Shown here in pieces: positions 28,105 to 42,202 of a stretch of DNA of 64,000 nucleotides. Source of the DNA: the human T2T-CHM13v2.0 reference genome, Homo sapiens. Numbering within the stretch: the stretch's first letter is position 1; each line of letters opens with the position of its first letter. The DNA lies in the NCBI RefSeq assembly GCF_009914755.1, contig NC_060938.1, one strand, 5' to 3'. The position numbers and the translations under genes were made by a program. A model generated the notes under the pieces. The model worked only from the letters and a program-made list of their open reading frames with translations, did not search any database and was not told where the DNA came from.

Positions 28105-29296
28105 GGTGAGTCCTCTGTGTTCAGTGCTGATCACGGAATGGAAACACCGCCGACTTCCAGTGCTGGGCTCCTCTCCCAGAGCTGCAGGGTCAGCTGGGCT
28201 GGTTTTCATCAGCAGAGGGAGGGCCCTATTCGCATGTCCCCCACTATATAGCAAGCTCTGTGGTGGGACATCTGAGGAGAGGCTGGGCTCAGGGCAGATG
28301 AAGTGTCCTGGGACAGATTGGAATAATTGTATCATTCAGGAAAATATAATTTTATATTATGTGCTTGTGCCTTGATTAATATTTAGCTCTCATAATCTTA
28401 TTTTATTCTTACATATTTATACAATATGTTTAATGCAGGTTTCAATGTTACATTTTACAGGAGATAATTTACACAGAGAACACAGCAGTTGTGCAGTGTG
28501 TCTAAAATTACACATCTAAAAAAATTAGTCCTATTACCTGGGCCTGTGCTCTAACCACTGGAGGAGGCAGCTCCCCTGAGACAACTCCAGGGCAGCGTGG
28601 ACCATGCCTAGTGAAGTCTGCAGGATTCCCCATCTGTTATGACAACTTTCTGTAATTTACCAAAATACGTAGAGTGAACCATGGTTCATGTGCATGTTTT
28701 CATAAGTCAGTCATATTCCTTGTGTTAACATCGATCTGTTTATTGCTCCATTTTAGTCAAATGTTATTTTATTGGTTTCTTCGTTATTGCTTTATTCAAG
28801 TGTAATTAATAAGTAATTAATTCAAATTTATAGTGAAGGATTTGAAAAATGTTGACCTATGTTTGCAGCCATTTGCTCAGCACTTCAATCAAGTTTTGAA
28901 TAATTAAATTAATCCCTAAATCTTTCTTTTATTTCTCTGAAATTCAACTCACATCCACATTACTCCCAACAGCGTATTGTCAGACAAACTCAAATCTTCT
29001 CCGTGTTAATTTACAATAATGGCATCTTCTAAAATTCCTACAAATGTATCATATAAAATTTACTCTTAACTCCTTAGTTTCTTTCACTAAACAGAATTAC
29101 TTGAGAATTTAGCCATGTTGTTTATATGAGTGAGGCATGCCTTGATTTCAAGCTGCGTTATGTTCCAGTACATAAATATATGCCAAACTATTTAATTGTT
29201 CACCTGTAACTAAATGTGATTTGTTCTCTCAGTTAATGGATTTGATAGAGAAAAGCAGCTACTAAAGCATGGGAATATAAAACGGAGCAAAGTATG

Positions 29297-29631
<335 letters not shown>

Positions 29632-29929
29632 TCATTAACAACAAACCTGAACAACCACACACAAAAAAACCTTCAACATATTTGAGTTTATATCAGAGAG
29701 AAAACAAACAATAAACAAAACCTGAAATCTGAGGAGAGAGGAGGCTGCAGAGAAGCAGGACCCATATATTAGTGTACCTGGGGCAGATACAACTGGATGG
29801 CATTTAAGATAGGAACAGGCTGGCTTGGAAATATTCAGCGAGTTGCGTGAGGATGCACGTGCTCATAGTGTTAGACTGTGAAACTCCTGGTGCTTGCAGG
29901 CTTTTCCTACAGAATTATTATTAATATTC

Positions 29930-30800
29930 TTGCTGCACTTTATGCAAATAATCAGGCCAAGTTTAAGACTAAAGTTTATTTTGCAAACAACTCAGTCTTA
30001 CAATTACTTGATTCTGACAAAAACCAGAACTGGAAAGAGAAAAATTGTATTTCAAAACATATCATACGATCATCTTTAAATTCTAATCTCTTCAGTTGTT
30101 TAAGTATTTGCCTGCATTTTAGACTGACTGCTTATTCCTGAGCGCCAATCAATGATCTCTGGCTACAGCCCAGAAGAAACAAAAAGCGATGGGGAATATA
30201 AAAAAATCTGTATCAATATTTTAATTCTAAGCAATTATCCTTTAAATCATGCCAGGTGATGGGAATGAATAGGGTGCCCCTAACCTGGAGGTTTCTTTGT
30301 TTGGGAAAATAAATCCCAGGGAGCTGACAAAAGCCAAGCCTCATGCGCCCAAACCTTAGCAGGCATAACTACAGCCGCAGTTATCTGGGCATGTCAGCAG
30401 CCTTGGAATTTTCTTTCAAACTGTCCTTACCACCTTGACCACCTTGTTAGGTTTGGATACATGTCTTCTAATAATCTGATTTGCCTTTTCTCGTTTTCAG
30501 ACCATCAAACTCCAAATGCTCATGCAACTGAAGCCTGGGATAATGGCTCCCTTTTCCTGGGGTCCCTTAGACAGGCCTCCAAGAGAGATCTTCCCCAAAC
30601 AGCATCCCCCGTCAGCTGGAAGCAGTTAAGATTTGTCTTTGTCTCTATTCTAACGACAGTTAGATGTATTTCTTCAAAGAGGAAAATGATAGAGGTAGAA
30701 GGCAGAGAACTCTCCTAGGCAGGTAGGGAAGAGTCCCCATAGAATCTCCAATGCACCAAGGTCATTGTGCACAGGGGGTTGCCTAGACATGCCTGCAGTG
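29930..30800 (+). mobile_element. ERV1-class internal fragment and partial LTR (paralog at about 61480-62340)
   Basis: ACTTTATGCAAATAATCAGGCCAAG...; purine tract AAAGAGGAAAA followed by TGATAGAG. Family not verified. Confidence 0.5.
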
Positions 30801-31261
30801 AAAATTGTTAATGTTGTCTTTATCACTCTCGGAATAAATAACCACACATAATAATCCAGCTGCATGAAGATAAAAAATAACTAGTTTGAAATTAGAACAA
30901 GTTCCAATAAAGTCAAAGTTAGCATGTGGTTTATAACATGATAGGAGACATGGCTGAATACTAAGAATGTGTTCACATCTGTTTTATGTCATGATCAGGA
31001 AAATATTTTGTATATTCTCTATGTAAGAGTCCCATTGAGAGCATTGATGAACACTGATGGATAATACCTCAATAATAAAGTAAGGGTTATTAACTAGTAA
31101 TTTGTATTAAGAGAACAAACTTTTATTTAGGATATATTATTATATGTGTTGTGAAATCAACTGAGAAGGCAGAAAACATTGAACTTATTAGAGCTTTTTA
31201 ATAAATTAAAAATGAGAATTAAGTACATATGTTTCTAGATTGTGCATAACTTTGGAATGTT

Positions 31262-31525
31262 TTGTTTTCTTTTATTTTGAGATGGACTCTCGCTGTGTCT
31301 CTCAGGCTGGAGTGCAGTGGCACAATTTCGGCTCACTGCAACATCAGCCTCCAGGGTTCAAGCAATCCTCAAGCACCACCATGCCCGGCTAATTTTTGTA
31401 TTTTTAGTAGAAAGGAGGTTTCACCATGTTGGCCAGGCTGGTCTCAAACTCCTGACCTGAAATGATCCCCCCCACCTCGGCCTCCCAAAGTGCTGGGTTT
31501 ACAGGCATGAGCCACTGGCCTGGCC
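31262..31525 (-). mobile_element. AluS-type element with internal deletion
   Basis: Flanked by TGGAATGTTTT/TGGAATATTTT; empty site in the paralog at about 62805. Confidence 0.85.
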
Positions 31526-32274
31526 TGGAATATTTTTACAAACAGAGAGGGTTCTTATGTATTCTGGAAATCCTATCAAACTGGAAAACAAGGAAAGAAA
31601 CTCTCAGATGAATTTCTACTTACTACAGAGCTGATTAATATCATTTTAAAGCCAACGCTAACACGCAGACAAAAAACTAACATGGAGCTAAAAAATAAAA
31701 TATACAGTGATTCAATACAGCAAACACTGTAGCTCAATCTAGTTTATAATATTATCTAATCATGGAGGGCATTGTCTTTGTTCATACGAGACAGAGTCAA
31801 TCCCACTCACAACCTTCTGGGAATGTTTAAAAAGTGGCATCTCTACATATTTTAATAAAATGTAAAACTCCCTTGGTCAAGGGTTCTTCCACTAGCACTA
31901 TGGAATCATGGTCCAGTCCTCAGGGTACATCAGTTATTACCCTATGACTTGGTAGCTAAAAGGCCCATACGTTTATAGACTTTACCCCCAGAGATCATGT
32001 TTGCTCTATTGCATGCATGTGTTACAAAATACTGAAAGTGATTCCTGTGTGATATCCACTCTAACAATGAAGAGTTTAAGGCTGCCTTTTTACTACATAT
32101 TTTCCACAATTCCCTGTGATCTTCAGCAAGGAAACTGGAAGGAACATCAGCGGAAAATACTGCTCGTGAATCACATAGGAAGGAACCTTATCAGATGCTT
32201 TTAACTAACTCACTGCAGAAAACATTCAGGCAGTTAATTATTGGCTTCATATTTTACAACTAAAGAATAAATTC

Positions 32275-32582
32275 AGGTCAGATGCAGTGGATCTTCCCTA
32301 TAATCACACCACTTCCAGAAGCAAAGTGAGGGAAATCCTATGAGACCAGGCAATCGAAGCCAACCTGAGCAACATAAAGAGATGCTATTTCTATGAAAAA
32401 ATGTTTAAAAAATAAGGAGGGTAGGGGTGGTGTGCCCATCTAGTTGTAGATACTCAGAAAGCTAAGATGGAAAGGTTGTGTGAGTCAGGAGCTCAAATTT
32501 AAGGTGAGCTATGATCACACAACTGTACTTTAAGCTGTGGAACAGTGTGAGAGCCTGTCCCTAAAAACAAACAAAAAAGAAT
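32275..32582 (+). mobile_element. Highly diverged Alu (AluJ-like); paralogs at about 53635-53925 and a fragment at 19155-19255
   Basis: Dimeric Alu skeleton with GTGAGCTATGATCACAC. Confidence 0.7.
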
Positions 32583-33404
32583 CAATTAAGAATTCCACAC
32601 AACTGTAAAGCTACTCAAATAGGAGATGTTAAACTGAGCATCCTCATAGACCCTCTGGCGTTTCTGATGTTTTTAAGCAGATGGCTGACCTAAGACCTGC
32701 AGAATAAGCTGATAGTCCTTGATTGTGAAAAGCTTCTACCCAAGACATTAGACCAGGCCCCTGTTTAATTTTCCATCCACTTCTTATTTTTCTCATTATT
32801 CTTTGCTTACATTTCTAAAGTCATCTCATTTCTGCAGATCTGGGTGTTGTCCACCCATACTGAACCCTTGTCTTCTTTCTTATTCATTATTTTTATTCCT
32901 GCTGCATGGAATAAGTTGTCACTCTATCTTTTGGTGCATGACTGCTGATTACTTAAGGCTCACTCCTCCATCGTCTCCTTTTTTGCCACACAAGATGAAT
33001 CTAGTTCAGACTCACAGGAGCTTCTTCATTTGATGCCAGTGGGAGTTTCAAACCCTATAAACCCCCATCTGTGAGTGGGAAGCTTCACTTTGCCCCCACC
33101 ACTAAACCATTATAAAAACCCTGAGCCAGTCTCCTTTGGTTTTCTTTCAAGCCATTTTAGATTTTCCTGGGAGACCTGCCCTGCACTCAGCAGACACCTC
33201 TACAGTGTAGATAATGAACTTTTCCCTATTCACTTGCTCTGAGTGTGTGACTTCATTAGACACAACATACACACTAAATCTCACTTGAGATCTCTTGGCT
33301 TTGCATGGTGTCAACTACAACTGATAATATGAACTTGGTGTCACTGTTTCTATCAACAGGACACACTGGATCCCTGAAACAACTCCAGGACAGAACTGGA
33401 CATG

Positions 33405-33767
33405 TGATATAGATTGGTTTTGTGCCCCACCTAAATATCATCTCAAATTCTAATCCCCACATGTCAAGGGAGGGACCAGGTGAGAGGTGATTGGATCATG
33501 GGGGCAGTTTCCCCATGTTGTTCTCATGATAGTGAGTGAGTTCTAACAACCGCTGATGGTTTAAAAGTATGTGTCACTTCCCCTCCTCTATCTCTCTCCT
33601 GCTGGGCTGTGAGACGTGCCTTGCTTCCTCTTCACCTTCCACCATGATTGTAAGTTTCCTGTGGCCTCCCCAGCCATGCAGAACTGTGAGCCAACTATAC
33701 CTCTTTTCCTTGTAAACTACCCAGTCTCAAGTAGTTTTTTATACCAGTGTGAAAATGAACTAATACA
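33405..33767 (+). mobile_element. MST-type solo LTR, same insertion as 20403-20763 carried by the duplication
   Basis: Perfect ACATG TSD (33400-33404 and 33768-33772). Confidence 0.85.
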
Positions 33768-35034
33768 ACATGCCTGGTGGGTTTGATAAACTTTCTTAGT
33801 GATGTAAAATTATGCCATTATTTTGCTGTATTCTAGTGCTTCTCTAAAAATACAGAGATGTCCAGTGCTCATTCATGTGTATATTCAGGATTCTCTGACT
33901 TTTCATGTATTTTATTTATCTTTAATTCCTTTGATACCAATTTATACCTGTTCTAATTAATACTATCTTTAATGGGGCTAAACTAAAAACAATAATCTCC
34001 ACATGAAGTGTTCAATTTTGCAAATATTGTCATAGACATTATCACTATCAACATAGATAACAAGTCAATTCCCTCAACATTTTATCTTGTTCCATAATTC
34101 CTCCTTCCTAGACCATCCCTTCTCCTACAATATTCACAGTGAACTACTGATTTTTTTTTTGCAACTTTAGATTACTTTTTGTTCTATAGAACTTATGAAA
34201 GTTGTATCCTATGTATGCACTTTTATCACTTGGGCTCATTTTACTCATCTGAAGTACTTGTGAATTTAACCATGCTTTTGAGCATAGCCAACATTAGCTG
34301 ATGGTAGTAGTGGGTAGTATGTCAATGAATGACTTTTCCACAATGTGTTTACCAGTTAAGCTGATGATTGACATTTGGGTTGTTTTTCATTCTGGGTATT
34401 ATGAACAAAGATGCTACTCAGCTTAGAGAAGTACACAGCTGGGAAACAGATGGTTTTTATTGCTACAACAGCATAAACAATGAAGCTGCAAAACACATTA
34501 ATCAGGTTTATTGAATACATCAGGTAATAAAAGTTATAGATTTATGTGTGTTGTGGGGTGGGTGTATGTAAATTTCTGTGTGAGAGAGAGAGAAGAAGGG
34601 AGGACGGAAGGCAGAAAAAGACACACCTAGCTATGGTTATATATTTATATCAATATCATTTTCTAATCATACAAACACATGCATTAGAACAGATGTAGTG
34701 GAGGGTGTCTGGTGGTGAAACATGATGGTGACACAAAACGCCTCATCCAGCCCCTTTTCACACCAGCTGCACCTGCCCTGAAGCTGAGCCTTGAACCTGT
34801 TCTTTCTGAATCCCCACAATTGTCCTGAGCCCCTCGCTGTACCGAGCACCCTTTGGTGTCCTGATTTTCCTCCATGGTTCCTGAGAGCCCCCGGCTACCT
34901 GCGTGCCTCTACAATGGTCTTGAGTGCCCCTTGGTGTCCTGAGAGCCCCCTGGGCTCCGGAGTAACCCCTTCTGTCCTATGCATCCCCACAGGGAGGTTT
35001 TGGTGTGAGTTCACACTGTGATTCCCTCACTGTG

Positions 35035-35307
35035 TCTTTTGCTTAAAAATATATGGCTATGTGATTGTTGCTCATGTAGCTCAGCTGTAGGAAGAACTGT
35101 TTTTGGACATGGATCTGGGGATGGTGACTGGACTCTTGAGGAAAGGGGAGTAATGTGTGCTCCCTTCATGACCTATGCACCCAATCCACTCCATTCCCTC
35201 CCAGAGAGGGGCTGATGGATGCAGCTCCAGGAGGAAGCACTGGTTGTGATGGAGAATGCAGAGATGACACACATGAGGGAGAGGGTCTGTGAGGGCTTCA
35301 CCAGGCC
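35035..35307 (-). pseudogene. IGHVII-62-1: IGHV(II)-62-1, 5'-truncated clan II V pseudogene
   Basis: [22 protein letters not shown]..., frameshifted; RSS CACAGTG - 23 - ACCAAAACC (34996-35034). Confidence 0.85.
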
Positions 35308-36741
35308 AAGAGTGCACCGAGAAACACAGTTGTTGGCAGGCACACGTTCTGGACAATATGTTGAAATTCCCAACTACATACATTTCTGTGAGAATAAAGA
35401 GCTCACCTGTGTTCGATCCGTGAGTATCCCAGAGTAATGCAGTGGATTCTGATGTTGGATTCAGACAAATATAGGGTCACATGTTTCTCCATACTTGGAA
35501 CCAAGTAATAAAGAGAAACTTATGTCAGGAGAATAGCCATTGAACTATCTCTCTTTATGGTGATTTTCAGAATAGGATTCAGATGTGATAACTTAAAGAG
35601 TGTCCTAATTCTTAACCCACAATTAGGCCTGAGAAGCAGTCACAGGCACTGGAGGTCGCCCACATGGAGAAATGTCTGACTCACTGAAGCTGCACCTGGG
35701 GGTCTCTGCAGGCTCTGAATTGTACAGGAACAGCTCCTCCCCTAGACTCAGAGTGAGGACAATCTCTGCTCTTTCTCTAGGGGAGGTGAGGGTTAGTGTG
35801 TGGAAAGAACCCAACTTATTTTCAACAAGATCTCTGTACTTGGGCAAAAAGAAAGAATATGAGAAAAAATGATTTCAGTTTAAACAGAACAATTTCTCAT
35901 GTGGAAGGCAAAAATATGTTTGGATCTTGCACAGAATTAAGAAACAATGAATTTGGGGTAAAGTTGAAAATTACAATTTCTTTGCAGATTCTGTTTTTAG
36001 TTATCTATGTCATCTGAGAAAATGAAGTAAAATCAGGGTTTTTATATAAAAATTCACAAAGAGGGTGCTGGGCCTGAGAATGCACCTCAAATCCCTCCAA
36101 CATCAGGGAGCCCAATAGACCAGGCAGCCAGCTGCTGTACTGCACTCTAACACCCGCCACCTGGTGTGTGCCAAAGACACTCATCCTGGGAGCTCCTCCC
36201 AGACAATGGCTGTGCACAGTGGAGATACTGAGGCAAGGCTGCTGCTGGGACACATGGGAGATTCCTGATGGACTACTGTGCTCTGGAAGGCACCAATGGC
36301 CTTGCTGGACTTAGCTCGGACCACAGGATAGGTAGGAAGCTCCACTGAATGCCCACTACTCTCCAGTGCTAGTTGTGAGACTGGCATTGCGGGGTGGCAG
36401 TGTCTACAGCCTCACCTGGCCGCCTGTGCACTTTTGTGCCTCTAATACTTACTTTTGTTTTTGGGACATATAAGAATGTTTCCTCTTTTAAATTAAAGTT
36501 TTGTAATCCAGGGACCTCATGGTGGGCACAGAAACATAAAAGTGCAGAGGATTCGAGGGGAACTGCTACATGCAGAGGAAAGCACAGATCCTGAAGGACA
36601 GCAGCCCTTGACTGCTTTTCTGTACCTGCCCTGGGGCTCCACCTGTTTTGTGAGTGCTGAGTGTCCCCTTCGGCCCAGAATCCTTTCTTCTTTCTGCAGG
36701 AAATTTTGTGTCTGGACTCACACCGATGTTTCCTCACTTGG

Positions 36742-37199
36742 AACCTTATGTACAGCCATGCATGGTCATGTCCTCAGCTCTCAGACTGTTCGTTTGCAGA
36801 TACGGTGAGTTCTTAGCATTGTCTTTGGAGATGGTGAATCTGCCCTTCACAGAGTCTGCATGGTATATCTGACTTCCATCATATTTTACATCTATTACTC
36901 CCTCCAGCCCCTTCCCTAGAGTCTCATTGACCCAGCTCATTCAGTAGCTACTGAAGGTGAATCCAGAGGCTACACAGGAGAGTCTCAGGAACTTCCCAAG
37001 TTGTCTCAGGCCCTCTATGGACTCTATCAGCTCCACCTCACACTGAACACCTGAAAATACACAAACGTCCTGGTCAGAAACTGCCAAACACATCTACTGT
37101 TTTTCTCACTTATATCCACTCACTCTCACTCACTCTATTTCTCTATGAGTCACCTTTTAAAATAGCAACAAGAAAAATTCTGGTTAGCTCAAACCCCAT
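36742..37199 (-). pseudogene. IGHV3-63: IGHV3-63 pseudogene (leader 37154-37199; V exon 36742-37050)
   Basis: TGA in CDR1 (36941-36943), degenerate YYC, heptamer CCAAGTG (36735-36741), octamer destroyed. Confidence 0.88.
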
Positions 37200-37987
37200 A
37201 GTGAGCTCTGTGTTCAGCCCTGATTACCACATGGAAACCCCTGGGAATCCCAGTGCTGTGGCTCTTCTCCCAGAGCTGCAGGGCCAGGTCTGGGCTTGTT
37301 TTCACCAGTAGAGGGAGGGCCCTGTTTTCATGCCTCCTCCTCTATAGCAAGCTCCAGTGTGGGATGCCTGAGAAGAAGGCAGTGCCCAGAGCAGATGTGA
37401 GACTCCCGGAGGAGCATAATTGAACAAGTGGAACTAGATTAACAAAAAAAGATTCTGCAAAGCAACGAAATAATTCCAACTCACAGAATTGGATAATATA
37501 CCATGTATCTGGAGGAGTTAGTGGCAATGACAGCATTTGGGAAAATATGATTATTCATAACGTGATTGTGCCATGAAACTCACTAAGCAATTATTATTTT
37601 ATTTTACTTTTTACACAGTACAAATACAAATATAAATGCATTAAGCAAACTTTAAGATATATATATAGAGAGAAATAGAAAACTATATAAAAATAAGGGA
37701 AAACCTTAATACCTCACTTAGAATAATGTATAGCAAATCCAGAAAGAAAATTCTTAATAAGCCTCTGAACTTGAACAACAGTATTGAACAAATTTACCTG
37801 AAAGACATTTACAGAACCTTCCAACCAAGAGCCATGTAATACACATCCTTCTCAAGCACCCATTGAACATTCTCCATGATAGGTTATATGTTACATCATA
37901 AAATTAGTCTTAACATTTAAAGAATTAATGCTAATGCTTCTCTAACTCTTTCAAAAATTGGTGAGGAGTCCACCTTCCAAACTCTTT

Positions 37988-38902
37988 TTTTATATATAGT
38001 AAATAAACTTTATCTGTTTCTCAGAGATGACACTGCCAACAGTCACAGATTTGCATACAATACTGTTAGGTATTGGGTATTTACAATTTACAGTATTTTT
38101 TTTCCTCTGAAAAATATAAGCACAAAAGCTAAGTAAACAATGACGTACTGCCATTTGGAATTTATTACATGCCATAGTGTAAAGAACTGGTCTCTAACAA
38201 ATATTCAACAAACCAACCTGAATAAAATAGTCGGTTAGGGATTTAGTACATGGCACAGCTTAAAGAACTGGTCTTTAGCAAATATTCAACAAATCAACCT
38301 TAATACAATAGTCAATTAAGTGATTTATTATTTCTAATTCATTAGAAAAAATCCACTAAGTCTCACCTCAAAATGTATTGCACAATCTTTATGAAAAAAA
38401 TCACCCTAAAAATAATTAGGAAAGGTAAGCAGTTCTTTAAAAAGAATGGAAGAAAGGAATATTATGTAAGCCCATTAAGCAGGTTAAGTTATTCAGAATA
38501 TCTTTTAAACAACATAAAACTCTTCCCTTGGGAGGCCGAGGCGGGCGGATCACGAGGTCAGGAGATCGAGACCATTCTGGCTAACACGGTGAAACCCCAT
38601 CTCTACTAAAAATACAAAAAGTTAGCCAGGCGTGGTGGCAGGCGCCTGTAGTCCCAGCTACTTGGGGGCTGAGGCAGGAGAATGGCATGAACCCAGGAGG
38701 CGGAGCTTGCAGTGAGCCGAGATTCTGCCACTGCACTCCAGCCTGGGCAACAGAGCGAGATTCTGTCTCAAAAAACAAACAAAACAAAACAAAAAAACAA
38801 AAAACAAACAAACAAACAAAACTCTTCCCAACAGAAAACTGAAGAAAAAAACTATCACCGTTTCTCCACTGATAAAATCTATTTTAAAGGTAGTCTGCAA
38901 CA
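37988..38902 (-). pseudogene. Processed mRNA 3'UTR retrocopy, probably GOLGA4/golgin-245-type
   Basis: 17-bp TSD CACCTTCCAAACTCTTT (37971-37987 and 38903-38919), short poly(T) at the left end, UTR-like AT-rich sequence. Parent gene inferred from recalled golgin pseudogenes in IGH, not searched. Confidence 0.7.
38528..38817 (+). mobile_element. 5'-truncated AluY with (CAAA)n tail, inside the retrocopy
   Basis: TSD AAAACTCTTCCC at 38516-38527 and 38818-38829. Confidence 0.92.
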
Positions 38903-41245
38903 CACCTTCCAAACTCTTTCTATGAGGCTACCGTTAGAGTACTACCAGTAATAGACAAAGGCACCACAATAAAAGAAAATCATAGACCAATATCATTAGT
39001 AGACATAAATTAACCCCCCAACAATAGTAAAATAAATTCTAAAGATTTTATAGAAGACCATACACCATGATCAACTCAAATTTATTCTGAGATGCACAGA
39101 TGATTTGACATTCTCAAATCAATCAATTCAGTTGATTAATTAAAAAACTAAAGAAAAAATATCTCAGTAACATTTCATCAGACACAGAAAACACTTGAAA
39201 AAAATTCAGGATTTCATTATAAAAACTCTGAACAAAGTAGGAAGACAAGAAAACAACTTGTACATAATGAAACCAATTAAGAAAAGCCACAGCTATTATT
39301 ATACTCAATAGTAAAATTTTAGAATATTTTGGTCTAATATCTGTAACAAGGCAAGAATAAAGCTTGAGGTATTACACTTCCAGGCCTCAACATTTATTAG
39401 AAACATACAGTAATAAATCAGAATGGCATTCGCATAAATTCATACAGAGAGCTTAGATATAAACCCACATATTGATGGCCAGCTGACTTTCAGCGTGAGA
39501 ACCATCAATATATAATTGCTAAATTATAGTGTCTTCCAAAGAGCGTGTTATGAAAATTGGATATTTACATGCAAAGAATTAAGAATTTTAGGTTAGAATA
39601 AACAAAAAAATTAATTCTAAATGCATTAAATACTTAAATGAAACACGTGCAATTGTAAAACTCCCAACCCTCAAAAAATTAGCAATCTTTTTCTGGATTT
39701 TACATTCAAACAAATAAAAAAACACAGAATTGGACAAGTGGGACTAGATTTAAAAAAAGATTCCGCAAAGTAACAAAATAATTCCAACTCACAGAATTGG
39801 ATAATATGCCATGAATCTGAAAAAGCGTTAATATCCAAAATGTAAATGAAACATCTACAACTCAATAACAATAATAAAAATAGCATAATTTAAACATAAT
39901 CGGTTTTACACCTTTAACAATGTGAGAACCTCAAACTCATGTTCAATGTTTTTCTCTGTGGGTAACAGTCTGCCTGATGGTATGCTTGGTTGGGCAATAC
40001 TTTGTAGTTATTTGATCAAACACTAATCCAGGTGTGAATTTTTAAATAGATGTTATTAAAACTGTGATCAGTTGACTCAATATTAGGTAGATTATCATCA
40101 ATAACAAACTTGGCCCTGATTCCATCAGAACAGATCTGGAGAAGGTAAAACTCCGTGGTGATTAAGCAGCTTGAGATCTTTCTAAGATTTCCAGCCTGCA
40201 TTTACTGATGGCTGACCCTAAGGATACTGCACGTTTCCAGCCATCCCCCAAAACTGTCATCCCCTACATCTCACAGGAAAGTGGTGTGTCCCTCTGCAGC
40301 TTGTCAAACCTAAACATCAGAGAGAAAGAGATTCTCCAAAATCAAATCGTATTTATTTGAAAATGAGCATTGCAATGGGATTATCCATGGTCACATTTAG
40401 GTTGGTAAAGAAAGACAAGTGTCTGAAGGATAAATGAGAAGATTACCTGAGCTATTTTGAGACAATTATCCTGGGGTAGAAGAATCAATAACAAGGGTAG
40501 AATCAGTTTAAGGCTGAACAGGGAGTTGCAGGGCAGATATCCCCTCAGTATTAATTCTCTTATTGTTGTGGTAGCCTTTGTTCAAGATTGTGGTTGTGCA
40601 GAGTATTTTTAGGGTAATTCTTGTTATCAGGGATGTGTGCATGAGAACCCTCTATTCATGACCTCTTCCAGCTTCGCCTGTAAAGATTATAACACACGTG
40701 GCTCCATTTTTATTCTGACAACGTTCACACCCACTTCCTTCTCCACTAGTGAAGAACGTTACTGTGTGACGGTTTTTCAGAACAGGATTAGAAACACATC
40801 CACATCCCACATTAACCAGACAAGCTTGTCCCTTCAGTTCCCACTGGCAACTTGCATTTCCAGATGAGTCTCCATGCAACACAGTGGAGGGTCCTGAGTG
40901 ACGAAGAGTGAAGAAAGTCCCACCAGACTCTCCTGCGTGACTGCAGCAGCCACAGCCTGAGACCCACCTGAGCGCCAAGAAAAGGGCTTGAGGTCTGGAA
41001 TTTTGACCACAGCAAAAACATCTTCCTTTTTCGGAAAGCAGGAAAAGCAAATGGAAAAATGAGAACAACATCTAAAAAAGACAGTAAATGAATTAGGAAA
41101 AGAAGCTCCAGATCAGTATTGATTCTGATTTGCATTCTTCAGTGTCAGGAGAAGGGTCCTACGAGAAACCTGTGAGGTTCTACATGACACTGACCCTGGC
41201 CCAGCCTCTCTTTTTTCTGTAATCAGAATCCCCAAAGACTGTTCT

Positions 41246-41823
41246 TGCTGGGATTCACTCAGGATGGTGGCGGAAATATTAAAGGGGAATATTAAGGAAA
41301 GTTATAGGGAATAGTCATATACCTTTTTAGAAGGCCGAAAGGTTACATAGCTTGTAATAATTGAACAGGCTGAAGGCGGCCAGTTCTTACCTTAGAGCGT
41401 TAGGCATAGGGTAAATACTAGGGACAATAGAGGCCTCCCCAGTTAAGTCTGGTTACCCTACCTCCATTAACTAACCAGGGTATTGCCCCCTAATGGTATT
41501 TACTTTAGACCGCAGTCCCTGAGCTTTAATCATTCGTAGAACTACTCTCTTAACCATGTTAATTATCCACAAGTGTGTTGTCAGAGCTTCTGTTGTTAAT
41601 TCTATACTCAATACACGCCTGGAGTGCGAGCTGCTCAGGGCCACTGCTGCCGTTCTTTACAGGATTCTTCTTGGAGTCTGTAAGTTGCCTCGGACCCTCA
41701 GCTGAACTGGCAAAACAGAATATCTGTGTGTCAGTGTACGTTTTATTCATCCGCCACCGGGTCAGGGGTCTGCAGGAACAGACCCCCCGCAGCTTGAGTT
41801 CTCTTGTGAGGAGCAATACCTCA
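41246..41823 (+). mobile_element. Solo LTR, LTR22 (HERV-K HML-5)-like
   Basis: TGCTGGGATTCACTCAGGATGGTGGCGGAAATATTAAAGG...CAGACCCCCCGCA; GTTCT repeat at 41241-41245 and 41824-41828; absent from the paralog at about 59110. Confidence 0.7.
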
Positions 41824-42161
41824 GTTCTAGTCAGGATTCTTTCTGGAGTTCCTGTCCTCAGTCTGACTGGAGAAGACTCACCAGGAAGCCCTGAGCTTCC
41901 TCAGGACTCTGACAGTGGTGACCATGGTTGAGAACTTTTCATCTCCTCTGTGAGGATCAATCTGCATTTTCTGCATAGGAGAATAGGTTTTCATATTAAA
42001 ACAATCATTTTAAAAATATGTAGAAATGACCCTAGTAATCACAGAATTCCGAACTTAGGTTCAGTAGAGAAACTTTAAGAAGATGAAGTCCCACATCGTG
42101 ACAGGAAATCAGCCTTCATCTGCACCTGCCGCTGGGGCTGACTCTGATCAGTGGCTCCTGA

Positions 42162-42175
42162 GCGCCCCCTGCAGA
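42162..42175 (-). promoter_or_regulatory. Predicted CTCF element 3' of the IGHV3-64 RSS
   Basis: TCTGCAGGGGGCGC on the minus strand. Confidence 0.65.
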
Positions 42176-42202
42176 TGACTTTCCCCAGCGTTCCCGCAGG
42201 GA

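Larger units (their letters stand above)
37720..39900 (+). mobile_element. Old L1 ORF2-derived fragments, interrupted by a retrocopy and an Alu
   Basis: L1-like motifs GACATTTACAGAAC...TTCTCAAGCAC, CCAAACTCTTTCTATGAGG, AACAAGGCAAG. Confidence 0.7.

Noticed and set aside
34993-35020. 12-spacer RSS using the second heptamer
   Set aside because: The good nonamer is only 9 bp away; at 12 bp the nonamer would be AAAACCTCC, a poor match.
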